A stretch of 64,000 nt of DNA. It comes from a virus. Both the position numbers and the translations under genes were made by a program. The DNA is taken from IMG/VR virus record IMGVR_UViG_3300032770_000018, positions 14,137 through 78,136 of that record; one strand, written 5' to 3'. Positions 56,901 to 63,593 of the stretch are shown here, one piece after another (position 1 is the stretch's first letter; each line of letters begins with the position of its first letter). The notes below the pieces were generated by a model. It saw only the letters and a list, made by a program, of their open reading frames with translations, ran no database searches and was not told where the DNA came from.

Positions 56901-58775
56901 CTGGTCGGACTAGTGCGGCTTAGCTTCCGATTCTGCCAAGCGTGGGACAACCTTCAGGGCACACCCGCGGAATTCCAGGAGATGCGCGAGCAGGTGATTA
57001 CCGGGCTGCGCGAGATGGGGCGCACGCCGGCGGAGGCGCAGGCACAGGCCGATCAGGTAATGGGCAACATGGGCGACGAATGGCAACTGGCCTATGCCAG
57101 GGCCCAGCAAATCTTCGAAGGCAACGGCTTGGAGGCAACGCCGCACGCCCTGTCAGAGGCAGCCTGGGAGATCGTAAAGTCCAACCAGTATCTGCGGATG
57201 CAGGCGCTCGGTCTGCCGGCCGACGCCTTCTTGGAAACCAATCGGCTCCTTCGCAGCACGCTCTCCTGGCAGGAGAGGGCGGTGACCGGGTTGGGTGGCG
57301 TCGTGGCCGGCGTGGCGCGCGGGGCCACCCGGCTGGGTGAGCACTTCGGAGTGCCGCTCGGGTTCACCCGGTTTGGCAACGCGATCGGCACGGGCATCAA
57401 CTACATGCTGATGTTCACGCCGCTCTACTCGCTGGCCAGCGTGAACTTGGGACAAGGCGCCGGTGGATCGACCTGGTTCCGAACCGAGAAGGACCGGCAC
57501 CAGCGGCGCATCCAGGCTCTCCTTGGGACAATCTGCGGGTCGGCCCTTCTGCTGCTGGCTGCCCTGGGCATCATCCGGGTGCGCAACAACTATCCAAAGG
57601 ACAAGAACGAGCGCGACGCCTGGGAGCGCAGCGGACGCAAACCGCACACCGTCGAGATACCCGTCGGAGATAACCAGTCGCTCATCATCAGCACGATCGT
57701 TGGACCGTTTGCAGCCTTTGGGCCGTACCTCGGCGCCGGCGGCGCCATCCGGGACCTCTTGGACAACCGCGCCAAGCAGCAGGCCAAACTCAACACCGAG
57801 GCGGCGGCGCGCGGCCTACCCGCCGGCAAGATTCGGCCGGTTGATATGGCGGACATGCTCGAGGTGGCCGCCGCCGCCGGAGAGCAGGCCCTAATGGGCA
57901 ACCGGACGCTCAGCGGTCTGGCAGCGAGCGTGACCGATTACGGTTCGTGGAATCTGCCGAAGCTGGTCGCCTCCCAGATGGCGCCGCTGGTTCCAGGACT
58001 GCCGGGCTACCAGGAGGCATCCCGGCTTGCTGGGGTGAACCTCGACGCCAAGATGGCCAGCTTCTGGGATTTCCTGGTGCCGCTTCCCAGCAGCCAGGCC
58101 CGTGCGGTCAACATGCTGGGGCAGCCGGTCACCGACGAGAACGACGCACGAAGGATCGTTCAAATCCTCACCGGCGGGACCTACCCGGTGCCGACGGACA
58201 CGCCGACGGCCCAAGCGGTCGCCGAATACGGGGCGCTCTTCTCGACCGGCTTTCGGCCTCCGGCGGTCGAGCCGAACCGCGGTTACGCCATTGGAGGCGA
58301 TTTCAGGCCGATGAACGACCAGGAGCTGGCACGCTACACCCAGATTCGGGGCGATAACCTCCGCAACGCGCTGGCGAGCATGGGGAGCAATCCCGACCCG
58401 GCAGACGTCCAGGCAGCCTACAAGGTGGCCAACCAGGAGGCCCTGCAGGCGGTCGGTGTGGATACGAGCTCGAAGGCGCCCACGGCCGGGAGGCAGACGG
58501 GGCAGCCTGCGCAGTCTCAGCAGCAGGCGCCCACACCCGGGACGCCGGGGTCACCCGCCGGCACGCCCAGCCGGACTGGTGTGGCGGCGCGCGGTGGCGG
58601 GATTCGACTCGGGACCCGGGGCGGCGCCCTGCGCCGGCCACCAGCAATGGGCCGAATGCGCCCTCCGGGAATGCACCGGGCGGCGATTTCGGGGGTTCGG
58701 GCGCGCGCTGGGAGTGGAATCGGACTTCCAAGGGGTCGAGGAATGCCCTCCCGGTCGAGCGCTTTTCGTCGCTAG
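44925..58775 (+). CDS. Giant polyvalent (DarB-like) ejection protein: N6-MTase + strawberry-notch SF2 helicase + ART-like domain + HExxH
   Basis: QAYSTP, GGNGMLL, ANELD, NPPFG; GDQTGIGKGR, TYSQ, DEAH, SAT, ELTGR, STGLSAHA, QTLGRILRTG; FHGT...IGTGEGAQVYGWGLYF...NYVIFDE; HEFLH. Confidence 0.9.
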   Translation: MAFLTPEEIDAIGETPSGAAPRSMERVLTPDQIDQIGQGSALRSRQEIDTRSFQTPSIASHQATFFPRPGPTAPSGVPVEPITAPDIAGGAAEAVQEYPKNVGKILSLGYAGAADVTSQAMGLPKAQADATGQTEPDSWANIKAVLNEEDLPMDQIIRQTPGLPGMLAKAGKMWLDLIPRIYLMRGFGAAGMGPATAGALAFGTKPTGSGIDPVGAALGALMPGVQEVGRTLGGSLADSLMRRGLINAGDKFTRNLVEEVGGVGAIQTLNEALNSPQLYQLYQQDPHQFWSQIGADTLGSAAFMLVGARDWATGPGPWSSAFMRAVEKTYTPEDLKDIYLRVNRGEATQEEQQIVRFINTKVSSPGEAIRGGATIRTETPIFTSPFWQKFFGLAAKDPEIRLTGAPGQQPPAAPAATAAPQPRPGGRPLLLGTGEADATTQEQQPGSVPPQRGGTIPQQPGQAPGGTAVAPADTGNRLPGAAGSPPGGIPAGTPPTTPTPVPPAPKPAAGGKPPAVAPDWKTIKPDDISAMPAETFGPWYASLVVNRKPLQDRLAKEETADTLAQHLAAATTGAGLVRRMAEAETDPAKRQDLMNRYLAATQKVQLFHEALGIKNGIIAKGPAKPSLPINPATIGLPQWRQQDHNVTRSGKDSYYVPTTGDRTLWPGVTSKRRVVDMQYFLEKLKRGEIGQEEYNRQIQGIRDNPMYGKPEPVPPPAAPKWKDIGPNSNGDTVFEDDNGVRSILRGSVRVTEPVRMIPTREGVQTATGDRTGTEFETATEARKRTSPEAGNALRALVNSAENNQQKAAEVKRLADKEGVTVKQMQERIEAEVVKMANETARRPDLSPKEKFQELIALYNRQPVFSARTSTSVENQAYSTPAPIAFATGYMADVGPSSSQYDGTGGNGMLLIGGDIAHSWANELDPARQAALKALGVGIVTGNDATTFRPNVKYDVVRLNPPFGSIGNTLYDGFGISKLEHLIALKSLEAMKNDGTAAVILGATMQPQQKVVKGAQWVFENYLYGHYHVAANFEVSGDLYAKQGTKWPIRVIIIAGRRATPLTGELAPASVQRLGMFDELWTQAERTHDDVVRAKEALVSGREPGLPVPAGAKPGPAKGQTPVPLPPTGPPGTPGKGGKPQRGGGGKPTPAGKPTGGLPGQPPVQAPGGPGGTPPTAVQPGAGGDKTVGVEGGTPGKTGAPGNAPGAGGGAGKEPQPGKLPGKGPVRGGRKADDLSGMADDELDNLLDAAVQENQPAPAQAPKAAPAPKASTSGQRGGALPGGKAQAPKPAPAPKLSDAAKDAAKAFDEGMKGLNDLFGGGGLVGSGPAFNEDTYQKAKGHFKQAYDAFVSMGRTLKEFVAECLRRWGNNVRDYIRRFIKDMQAEQEAKTEIEPGKANALQDVYEPRSEATPLGTLTPKNISVGEHAALDALKARVGSLDNYVADKLNMQPDEVKQVLAGEQVDGVAQGINQVETGGAVIIGDQTGIGKGRQGAGMLRYGIVNGAVAVFMTKDPKLFSDMHGDLADIHTQIRPFIMGSPAKASIVGRDGQVIHRAPGLEVQRREMARILQGGWANSGYNCIFLTYSQVNDRNERQQFLERLAATNPTLIVMDEAHEAAGDSGSSMQAAFITGGQVQRGSGAQRKTITVPGLLNQQGTRTAPGGVVYMSATFAKRPENMACYFRTALSRSAQNFNQIVQAMKRGGVALQQAVSEALAKAGQYMRRERDFSGVRYDMKTIKVAGEGALKGEVDEVTEVLSQIVDFSHKIRDRVQAQGGGASSTAMTAAQQDMTDFAAIVHNQISQLLLAAKADAVVQEAIAAKAKGEKPVIALMNTMETFLDNYTTDHDIQPGHAIKLGWQELLKYALTRTLRVTEKLPNGDKNIYSVDPEEFGLGDAYRAVEAAADAISSKFPVSPIDYIIQRLKAAGVSMVELTGRQSGIEYTDFEKNEGIYRTFKKANKNQVVNGFNGGKYDGMLLNASGSTGLSAHASTTFDDKRPRHMMIVQPALDINVFIQTLGRILRTGMVKLGLGEDGQPYGARYSHLVLPLQAELRPAAMAAKKMKSLNANTTAEADAAIKIEAEDIFNRYGDRICAEFLDQHPDIQRLLELPIDVNDDGTVEVPRDVARKMTGRMALMPDEDQRKAYEELMPAYRTLIEQLKATGEYDLEIVVHDDWDGIQRDDQELQAGTDDSNIFTAGVRMQRWEVRDMRHVPTGQEMESEFKRVLGSKAKVLETWREVRVKGDKRIEDAQATLARQQAEWDAADKRKDQMSEAEAQGHMAQGVHLAGMRGIVDSMAHRWDHAKGLVDSLLERAGQVVELTNPETGDAFNGMLVDVKYPTGKRYTMAAFRFKFLLHSPGGVAYITGAQFGGGLWNIDQSDKEVADLGPGDKNARYQRWFITGNPIGGYVATGGRGKMVRFKSQDERTITGLMMPTNWGPQNLANDPRLDLISGAAVRHFLNNYGMVGRNGVPLECGNVCRLTRQSWGSRSYTISVPAARSTGSPIYLDRELRRTTGDFTKTGSRMTANVDDDDINKVADRIMAITKARFRPVGDTERLIPQVSESNRRGRPRQGALALRQAGGVDVSMEGKTFILSRPGVPIQGLPAFHGTPHDVDRFSLDKIGTGEGAQVYGWGLYFAERAEVAHKYRKALTLQNWRSLEDLASLLVTETGGDKQAAKDLANTRLNQSHIKAFQDVIPLIDSAKQRGSLYSVDLDVEPEQLLNWDKPYIEQSPEVRRRLEESELGPWIRANRPNIGNIYERLSELFKSPAKNLPDWVIESEMFRGESMVGSDKKASEFLNSLGIKGIRYLDQGSRSLPPVQVVKMGDGKFGVLWGSDPVPVNGKFYETEEQAQKVADDVAIKPTYNYVIFDENSIKITHKNGEPVTADEMRQASLKSAADNSQEAARAGVREAMGPSDLRRMINAPDAGLPDEAVNLLNEFLDSPLADYLEGVRLRIADTLADGWQGSYFEKLAELARTADPLTGIHEFLHRIWEILPPDIQKEFERLRVEGLRKMLEEAVAAGQMERAKAIQDLIARPTAGAEEFLARGYPSILLKDLYPYSSAEENFTHSGSARFKERVGSMVEGFWSRVKQIISDFIAALKKALRLKQNQAQWLDNVLRGNFDPAEAEDVSRVERQGALGATPPEESERAAAIKRAEVEEEQEQPGVPTQVFGTVDHVRAREQITPSSMADSIAHAESVFKQAGVPFIRETNGLLTIQQTGFEMNAEGRKLLDLLRQEIATKNQPGKAGDLLADLLNTIVYNFHQGTMSEFERPLREELYELAQSDRSQRGLQLGALALFRPDLDFVAKNVDVVLHRVYSDAFGGTEIASVLKRVMENFRQYFTDDEIRAALASAPGLVDLVDKIIALNRRDEGGRVYRRVQAMLKPKNKKKLSALEGDARVQEAVDQIIENARLLGIEPQKSPNPKLSPLHRLLLMVTPGNADKIDDLISRAVAEGERNAGIKWALRQTKTPDERAEAEARFAAGEEPTEDMVEQGLDLPEFAHWRALRDDLLGYEPTTLKLVQDLIRGDFKGTRFGKPENRPADTRLDLNKLATQPEEEVRRVLDAYLDNIEANMDVRKADEDTQQRVREMVEREVAHQLEQARERFRSPMFAPPKDPRTALTPQQQMAKLVNAGLFRDPRANLAEMVQRVAAKSRVARLTPGLPDLVKQVFQTPFYRQSDLAKRFADDLVNRLGVAPEQAQKAAEVFAQAFDSRFTRAKELAQKQVVASFTPLDRSVIKPGRPIWQKIERAVNAGVFDAGEVLREIARSRGWSIPTDAQIAKMKALSEREQRLRDLTTAEQAAAGDRPEDIAKAKAEKAAATLEERAALHKQMGVMWSRMTRPISWAHWWSTRRNFAAALNELETGNLLLKVGFPFRLGIHILTQGAMHTPTRAMAAAVERWLADRSAARETNLWRDLHQAVSDAYKQRLAAWRPALVSARAALAGRGEARNVDRLMTGIQALERASSLADELSAQGKFAQAFVVRLVGLVRLSFRFCQAWDNLQGTPAEFQEMREQVITGLREMGRTPAEAQAQADQVMGNMGDEWQLAYARAQQIFEGNGLEATPHALSEAAWEIVKSNQYLRMQALGLPADAFLETNRLLRSTLSWQERAVTGLGGVVAGVARGATRLGEHFGVPLGFTRFGNAIGTGINYMLMFTPLYSLASVNLGQGAGGSTWFRTEKDRHQRRIQALLGTICGSALLLLAALGIIRVRNNYPKDKNERDAWERSGRKPHTVEIPVGDNQSLIISTIVGPFAAFGPYLGAGGAIRDLLDNRAKQQAKLNTEAAARGLPAGKIRPVDMADMLEVAAAAGEQALMGNRTLSGLAASVTDYGSWNLPKLVASQMAPLVPGLPGYQEASRLAGVNLDAKMASFWDFLVPLPSSQARAVNMLGQPVTDENDARRIVQILTGGTYPVPTDTPTAQAVAEYGALFSTGFRPPAVEPNRGYAIGGDFRPMNDQELARYTQIRGDNLRNALASMGSNPDPADVQAAYKVANQEALQAVGVDTSSKAPTAGRQTGQPAQSQQQAPTPGTPGSPAGTPSRTGVAARGGGIRLGTRGGALRRPPAMGRMRPPGMHRAAISGVRARAGSGIGLPRGRGMPSRSSAFRR
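46234..46473 (+). CDS. Nested small basic phage protein (MPL.K..S...N..E family) in the +1 frame of the giant gene
   Basis: MPLLKSSSQEAFHRNVAEL...QQILAIAY; AGGAGAGG just upstream of the ATG. Confidence 0.7.
   Translation: MPLLKSSSQEAFHRNVAELYRSNQDKPPEERRSRQQILAIAYRVQRGAHREESQRARRRPRQRPSRLRQSQRRGASLRR
48187..48600 (+). CDS. Nested acidic helical protein in the +1 frame of the giant gene
   Basis: AAAGGA 6 nt before the ATG; L/E-rich amphipathic sequence; host frame becomes P/G-rich with A/T third positions over this span. Confidence 0.6.
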   Translation: MTLLEQKKPWCPVESPDYLCLLGPNQAPPKDKLRFLFLQQDLLELLVKEASHNEVEEANRRLLENLQEDFLVNLPCKLLADPAGPHQLLFNPAPEGTKLSEWKEELPEKLALPEMPQAQAAALAKSLSLESFLARVL

Positions 58776-58859
58776 GATGCCCTAGGAGCGGAGCGTTTAG
58801 GGGGTATCAGAGTAGCACCCCGCCTGTCAAAGCCTGCGCCAGCCCATGGGGTGGAAGCC

Positions 58860-59327
58860 CTATTGGCCTTCCTGTGACTCCGGGGGTTCCTCCGGCGGCA
58901 GATTGAACTCCGTTACCCGGGCAGCCATCATCTCAAACTTCTGGATAGCCGCCTGCTTGACCGATTCAAAGGCTATCTCGTTGCGGCAACGGATGATACA
59001 CTTGGCGATCTCCTCCGCCACGTCCGGCCAGGTCCGGTCCTGCTTGCGCGACCACCACTTGAAATCCGCCCAAATCCGCATGGCAGCCGCCGATGATTCG
59101 GCTTCTTCGGGGCTTATCTCTGGTTCGGCCTTCGCCTCGCCATTCTTGGCCGGCTGGGGGCCGGACCTGAGAATCTTGTGCAATTCCTGCATGTCGCGCC
59201 CGTGCGGCTGGACTTCGATCCGGGCATTGCAGGTTGGGCAGAACGACACAAAGGCGAAATCGCCGTCGGGCTCGCGGACCCACCGGGGACGCAACGGCTC
59301 GTCGTGGCAGGCATGGCGGTTCTTCAT
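58860..59327 (-). CDS. Hypothetical protein with CxxC
   Basis: ACH...FCPTC; ATGA-coupled. Confidence 0.65.
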   Translation of the reverse strand: MKNRHACHDEPLRPRWVREPDGDFAFVSFCPTCNARIEVQPHGRDMQELHKILRSGPQPAKNGEAKAEPEISPEEAESSAAAMRIWADFKWWSRKQDRTWPDVAEEIAKCIIRCRNEIAFESVKQAAIQKFEMMAARVTEFNLPPEEPPESQEGQ

Positions 59328-60049
59328 TTGTCGCCCGCGTAACGCTCTAGTTCGCGCTTTCGCTCCGGCGTCGCAGCGGCGTAGATGTCAGTATGGCGGT
59401 CCCAGACTAGGCAGTTCGACTGGTCTCCCCGGCGGTAGATGTTCGGTGGGGTTCTCCACGCTGGTTCTGAGTAACTCGCATCCCAGGTGGCCATGCGGAC
59501 TGGAAGCTTCATCTCGGTAACCCATCGGGAGATGTTCCATTCACCCGACTCGAACATAAAGGTCTTTTCGCGGGAGTTCACGAGGTACGGATAGGACCGG
59601 AAAAGCTCCGGAGACATCCAATAGCAGCATGTTCGGAGGTGTGGATGCCGCTCGCACGATGCCATAGCCGCGCCGATGCCGTTCTTGCCCTGCGCTTCCC
59701 AAGACTCAACGATGCGTTTGAGCCAGCCCGCGCGATGGAAATGAACGCGCGTCGAGAAGCAGACCATCAGGTCGGCGTCAATCGCATGGGCCGCGTGCTG
59801 ATGGGAGCCGATGTCGCAGCCCTGCCCGGAATAAGCAAGGCTATTATGCGCAACCGACTCGCCCATGGCGCCAACAACCCAGCGCCACGCAGCTTTGGCG
59901 GTATCGTCCCTATAGGTGCTGAGCACCGGGACCAAGACAAACGGTTGCGCGGGCGGATTGCACGCGAGAGTCCGGGCAAACCTGAGAATGTCCGACGTGA
60001 AAACTTCGAGCGCATCGCAGGGAATTGGATAAACAAGGGCGATTTTCAT
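59324..60049 (-). CDS. Glycosyltransferase-like protein
   Basis: GCDIGSHQ, WLKRI, PHLRT, FESGEWNIS; ATG at 60049. Confidence 0.6.
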   Translation of the reverse strand: MKIALVYPIPCDALEVFTSDILRFARTLACNPPAQPFVLVPVLSTYRDDTAKAAWRWVVGAMGESVAHNSLAYSGQGCDIGSHQHAAHAIDADLMVCFSTRVHFHRAGWLKRIVESWEAQGKNGIGAAMASCERHPHLRTCCYWMSPELFRSYPYLVNSREKTFMFESGEWNISRWVTEMKLPVRMATWDASYSEPAWRTPPNIYRRGDQSNCLVWDRHTDIYAAATPERKRELERYAGDK

Positions 60050-60294
60050 ATTTCGTAAAACCATTTGTGCCGTCGGAGGTCGAGTTTTGGCGGAAGCGAT
60101 ACGGGTTTGAGCATCAGGGCGACACTCAGACCGGGGAGCGGACGCGCGGCCCTCCACCAGCTTCGGTCCCAAGTTCTTGGGTGCTTGCGGTTCGGGTGAT
60201 CTGGCGCGGGCGTTAGAAAGGCTTTCACGCGCGGGCTCTGGTTTAGAAGCCGGCAAGTCGCTTGGAGACTATGAAGCGCCGCGTCGAGGCTCAT
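60046..60294 (-). CDS. Hypothetical protein
   Basis: 82-aa ORF with ATGA overlaps on both sides. Confidence 0.5.
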   Translation of the reverse strand: MSLDAALHSLQATCRLLNQSPRVKAFLTPAPDHPNRKHPRTWDRSWWRAARPLPGLSVALMLKPVSLPPKLDLRRHKWFYEI

Positions 60295-60869
60295 CGTGTC
60301 ATTATCAGGTTGGCCGGCGTCCGGTGGCGTTCACGGTAGCCGAACTCGGCCATTGTTGAAAGTATCTGGGCGTCGCGCGGTGGACTGGGCAGAGTGAGAA
60401 ACTCCATGATGACGATGCGGGGCATCGGGCCGTCCTGAATACTGAACCAGACGTCCAACTCGGTTCCCTCAGTGTCAATGCTCAGGAGGTCAACGTGATC
60501 AACGCCGTAAACGTTCATGATGGAGCAGAGCGACCGGACTGGCATCTGGATTGGTTCTCCCTGAACCGCCAGACCAGACATTCCACGATCTGCGAGGTTC
60601 AGAAAGAACGAACGCGTCTGGCCGCTGGCTGTCCCTACGGCGCACTGAATTGTCTCACATTTCCGCTGTTCCTGGCACCGCCTGGCCATGAGGGGATCTG
60701 GCTCGATAACAAGTCCGGCCCATCCTCGATCCTCAAAGTGTTTGGTATTCGAGCAGAGCACCCCGTCGAAGGCGCCGACCTCAATGAAGAAGCCAAATTC
60801 GGGGAGGGCTAGGTGCTCGGCTATAAACCGATCTTCCCCGAATTGACTATAGTATTGCGGTTCACTCAC
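60291..60869 (-). CDS. FkbM-family methyltransferase
   Basis: YSQFGED, FIEVGAFDG..SNT, GLVIEP, DLLSIDTEGTE. Confidence 0.92.
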   Translation of the reverse strand: MSEPQYYSQFGEDRFIAEHLALPEFGFFIEVGAFDGVLCSNTKHFEDRGWAGLVIEPDPLMARRCQEQRKCETIQCAVGTASGQTRSFFLNLADRGMSGLAVQGEPIQMPVRSLCSIMNVYGVDHVDLLSIDTEGTELDVWFSIQDGPMPRIVIMEFLTLPSPPRDAQILSTMAEFGYRERHRTPANLIMTR

Positions 60870-61555
60870 ACGCTCACCACCCCTTCGGTCACGGCTTTTA
60901 ACTGCGCTTCTGTCTTGATGCCGTGGACGTACCACGCGCCGCGCTCAATCGCTTTGCGGGCCTCCTGGATATATTCCGGGCGGTCCAGCGCGTTGCGTGA
61001 ATAGGTCCACTCGTCGCTGTAGCTGACCCCCAGGTCGTAAAGGTCGTCCATCAGCCCAATGAAACGGTCTGGAAATCCTGTCTCGATGAGGCCGAGCTTC
61101 AGCATCCGGCGCCCGTAAAGGACCATCTCGCCCGCAGTCTGGCGATCAACCCACCAAGGCCCGTGGTAAAACTTCGTGCCAGTGAAACCAGAGCCACCGT
61201 AGCCGCCGAGTGTCGTTATCATGCCACCCATGTGGCCAGGAAGTCCGTGCAGGAAAATGGCGTCGTGTTCGGTCAGCAGGAAATCGGTATAAGCCTGGAA
61301 CTCTTGCCCATCCACTAGGCGCTCAAGAACATCAACAATCCGCCGGCAGAGGTTGTCGCCGTTGACATAGGAGTCTTTCCCGACCTCGATATGGCCGATC
61401 ATTGAGCGGTTCTCCGGGCCGGTCGGCCAGCGGCAGTCTGAGTCCTCGCGGCCAACCCCAAGGATGTTGCAGCCCGTTAGCTCGTAATAAGGCCAGTGTC
61501 TCGCCACGGTCTCATTCGCCTTGGCGTAGCTCAGGATTACAAGGAGGGTTTTCAC
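60866..61555 (-). CDS. Glycosyltransferase-like protein
   Basis: LLVILSY start, LTEHDAI, FPDRFIG, VHGIKT. Confidence 0.5.
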   Translation of the reverse strand: MKTLLVILSYAKANETVARHWPYYELTGCNILGVGREDSDCRWPTGPENRSMIGHIEVGKDSYVNGDNLCRRIVDVLERLVDGQEFQAYTDFLLTEHDAIFLHGLPGHMGGMITTLGGYGGSGFTGTKFYHGPWWVDRQTAGEMVLYGRRMLKLGLIETGFPDRFIGLMDDLYDLGVSYSDEWTYSRNALDRPEYIQEARKAIERGAWYVHGIKTEAQLKAVTEGVVSV

Positions 61556-61809
61556 GGAACGATGGGAAGGACGGTTTGCTCTCCGTTTGGTTTGGGGTGG
61601 TTAAGACACCAGTCTTTATTGTGCCCGACGTGGATAGCGTGTTCATCGCAAAGCGGCCGATCGCAGGTTCCGCTACGATGATTGCTGTCGGGATAGTCAC
61701 AGAGCTTCGTGCTCGGTTTGGAGCAGAAGTGGCACCTGGGATTGCGCCTCAGCCGGTGGCAGATGATGGCACCGCCGCTGCCGGGCAATTTTACGATGTC
61801 GCAGGGCAT
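61552..61809 (-). CDS. Cys/His-rich zinc-binding phage protein
   Basis: CHFC..LCD..TCDRPLCDEHA..DWCLNH. Confidence 0.75.
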   Translation of the reverse strand: MPCDIVKLPGSGGAIICHRLRRNPRCHFCSKPSTKLCDYPDSNHRSGTCDRPLCDEHAIHVGHNKDWCLNHPKPNGEQTVLPIVP

Positions 61810-61821
61810 ATCGAAGTTCGT

Positions 61822-62055
61822 CTAGTCCTCGAAGTAACTGACTTCCTTCAGGCTGCAAAGGTCGCGAATAATTCCGGTTCCGGTGGCGCAATCCTGCGAT
61901 GGACCGCCCTTCACCTTGCAGCCGAAAGGACAGGTCTTGGCATGTTCTGCGAACTGCACTAATTTTTCCATCACCCTTTCCGGTACGCGGCCGTCGGGCT
62001 CCATTTTGATTTTAAGGCCCACCGGAATCACCTCAGCTTCGGAATGTTCTGCCAC
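61822..62055 (-). CDS. Hypothetical protein
   Basis: 77-aa ORF, HAKTCPFGC. Confidence 0.55.
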   Translation of the reverse strand: MAEHSEAEVIPVGLKIKMEPDGRVPERVMEKLVQFAEHAKTCPFGCKVKGGPSQDCATGTGIIRDLCSLKEVSYFED

Positions 62056-62669
62056 CGGGATGGTTTACAGTAGGCGTTAGCGAAATGCACGAGGGAAGCG
62101 CTTTTCCACCCTTCCTGGCCGTAGCACCGCACGAGGTCGTGAGAGACCACCCAGTCGACTTTGGCTATGAGCAGGTCTTCAAGTGTGTACTGGTCGCTGA
62201 AATGAGGTCGGCCGCCCTGATCGCGCCGACCGATCTTCCCCTCGATGAACACCTGGGCAAGCTGCTCGCAGGTGTCGGGCATCGCGAAGGTGAAGGAGGG
62301 GCAAGCGCCGCGTTCCTGGTAGATGTGCAGCTTGGCCATGTCGGCACCGGTCATTTCTGGAATCGAGATACCGAACTCGCCGGGAAACGGGATGACATCA
62401 AAGTCGGCCATGAACCCGCCGCCGGCCATCGCCAGGGCCAGCCAGCGCTCGTGGCAGGCGACCTCGTAGGCCCGGGGGTTCACGGAGGGCCGGCGCGACA
62501 CAGCCTCGTGGAGCTGCTTATAGAGCGAGTGCTGCTGGGCATCGCGCTCCCCGAGAATGAACGGGTCCCAAGCCGCGGCCTCCCAGCGCTGGCGCCAAAG
62601 CACGGTCAGCCGCAACTCGTCAACCTGGTTGTGCTCAGGCACGTCGGAATAATAGCCGAATAGCTTCAT
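62028..62669 (-). CDS. DxD sugar-binding glycosyltransferase-like protein
   Basis: RWLALAMAGGGFMADFDV, HFSDQ, LVHF. Confidence 0.65.
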   Translation of the reverse strand: MKLFGYYSDVPEHNQVDELRLTVLWRQRWEAAAWDPFILGERDAQQHSLYKQLHEAVSRRPSVNPRAYEVACHERWLALAMAGGGFMADFDVIPFPGEFGISIPEMTGADMAKLHIYQERGACPSFTFAMPDTCEQLAQVFIEGKIGRRDQGGRPHFSDQYTLEDLLIAKVDWVVSHDLVRCYGQEGWKSASLVHFANAYCKPSRWQNIPKLR

Positions 62670-62887
62670 GGTTTAGAGATTACCGAAAGCGACGGGTTCA
62701 TGTGGATGACGGGGAAGAAGTTGAGTTGGACCTTCTCAGGATGGACGTGTCGGTCCTGCGCGAACCTGAGAATCATTTGCTCGACGCGCTCAGCCTGCGC
62801 TTTTACCAGCGGTTCAAGAGCCTGACGGATTTGAGTCTCGATTTCCTTCATCGCGTCAAAAACCTCCCGTTGCGCTTCCGGCGTCAT
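62666..62887 (-). CDS. Hypothetical protein
   Basis: ATGA-coupled ORF. Confidence 0.6.
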   Translation of the reverse strand: MTPEAQREVFDAMKEIETQIRQALEPLVKAQAERVEQMILRFAQDRHVHPEKVQLNFFPVIHMNPSLSVISKP

Positions 62888-63279
62888 GGCTTGTCTCCTA
62901 AGACTGCGCTAAGCAGGTCGTGAATCTTCCATGCGGCCTTTCCGATGCGCTTGTCCTGTTCGTGGTCGCACTCGTTGATGATAAAGTCCACAAGTCGCAG
63001 AGGATCGCGCAGCAACTCGGCGAGGGCTTTGCCGGGTAGCTCCCCGGTCTTTACCTGCCATGCCCGCGCATAGAGTTCGTTCATCGCGGCGACTCGCATC
63101 GCGTCCTCAGCCCTCGCATTAGCCGCGTCACGCTCGACTGTGACGGCGGCGAGTTGGGTCTGGATGTCGGCGCGAGCGTCAGATTGGATGGCCTTAATGT
63201 CCAATAGCGTTATGGTGTTGCAGTTAATTTCCTCAGCATCGCGCCGAAGTAACGCAAGCCATTCCTTTTCAGTTCTCAT
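62884..63279 (-). CDS. Hypothetical coiled-coil protein
   Basis: ATG 63279 overlaps the upstream stop. Confidence 0.6.
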   Translation of the reverse strand: MRTEKEWLALLRRDAEEINCNTITLLDIKAIQSDARADIQTQLAAVTVERDAANARAEDAMRVAAMNELYARAWQVKTGELPGKALAELLRDPLRLVDFIINECDHEQDKRIGKAAWKIHDLLSAVLGDKP

Positions 63280-63593
63280 TGCTTGCCTCCGTCTATTACA
63301 TGGGTTGCACAACCCTCTTCATGTTCTTTTTTTCCGCAGGGCGTCTCCCGGAAACACATCGGGCACCATACGTCCTCCACATCGTCGCATTGGTCGCACA
63401 TGAAATACTCTTGCGAACACTGCTTGCCACATCGAATGCAGAACGGGCCTGAGTGATAAACTGCCTCACGCAATCTCCCTGGAAGATCCGACAGCTCCCA
63501 AGGACAATGGTTTACATCTTTGTGCCAGCGTAGAATTGTGTTCAGCAACTCTGCCGGGTCGTTGTATGTGGCTTTTGGTTGTCTGGTTTTCAT
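63276..63593 (-). CDS. Cys-rich hypothetical protein
   Basis: CIRC, CDQC, CPMC. Confidence 0.6.
   Translation of the reverse strand: MKTRQPKATYNDPAELLNTILRWHKDVNHCPWELSDLPGRLREAVYHSGPFCIRCGKQCSQEYFMCDQCDDVEDVWCPMCFRETPCGKKEHEEGCATHVIDGGKQ

Noticed and set aside
20641-58731. Many long antisense ORFs (e.g. 21343..22674, 23170..24270, 45042..46310)
   Set aside because: Shadow frames expected opposite GC3-biased genes; no motifs or start signals
58800-58830. Minus-strand TTGACA as an antisense promoter into the giant gene
   Set aside because: No convincing -10 box at 16-18 nt spacing
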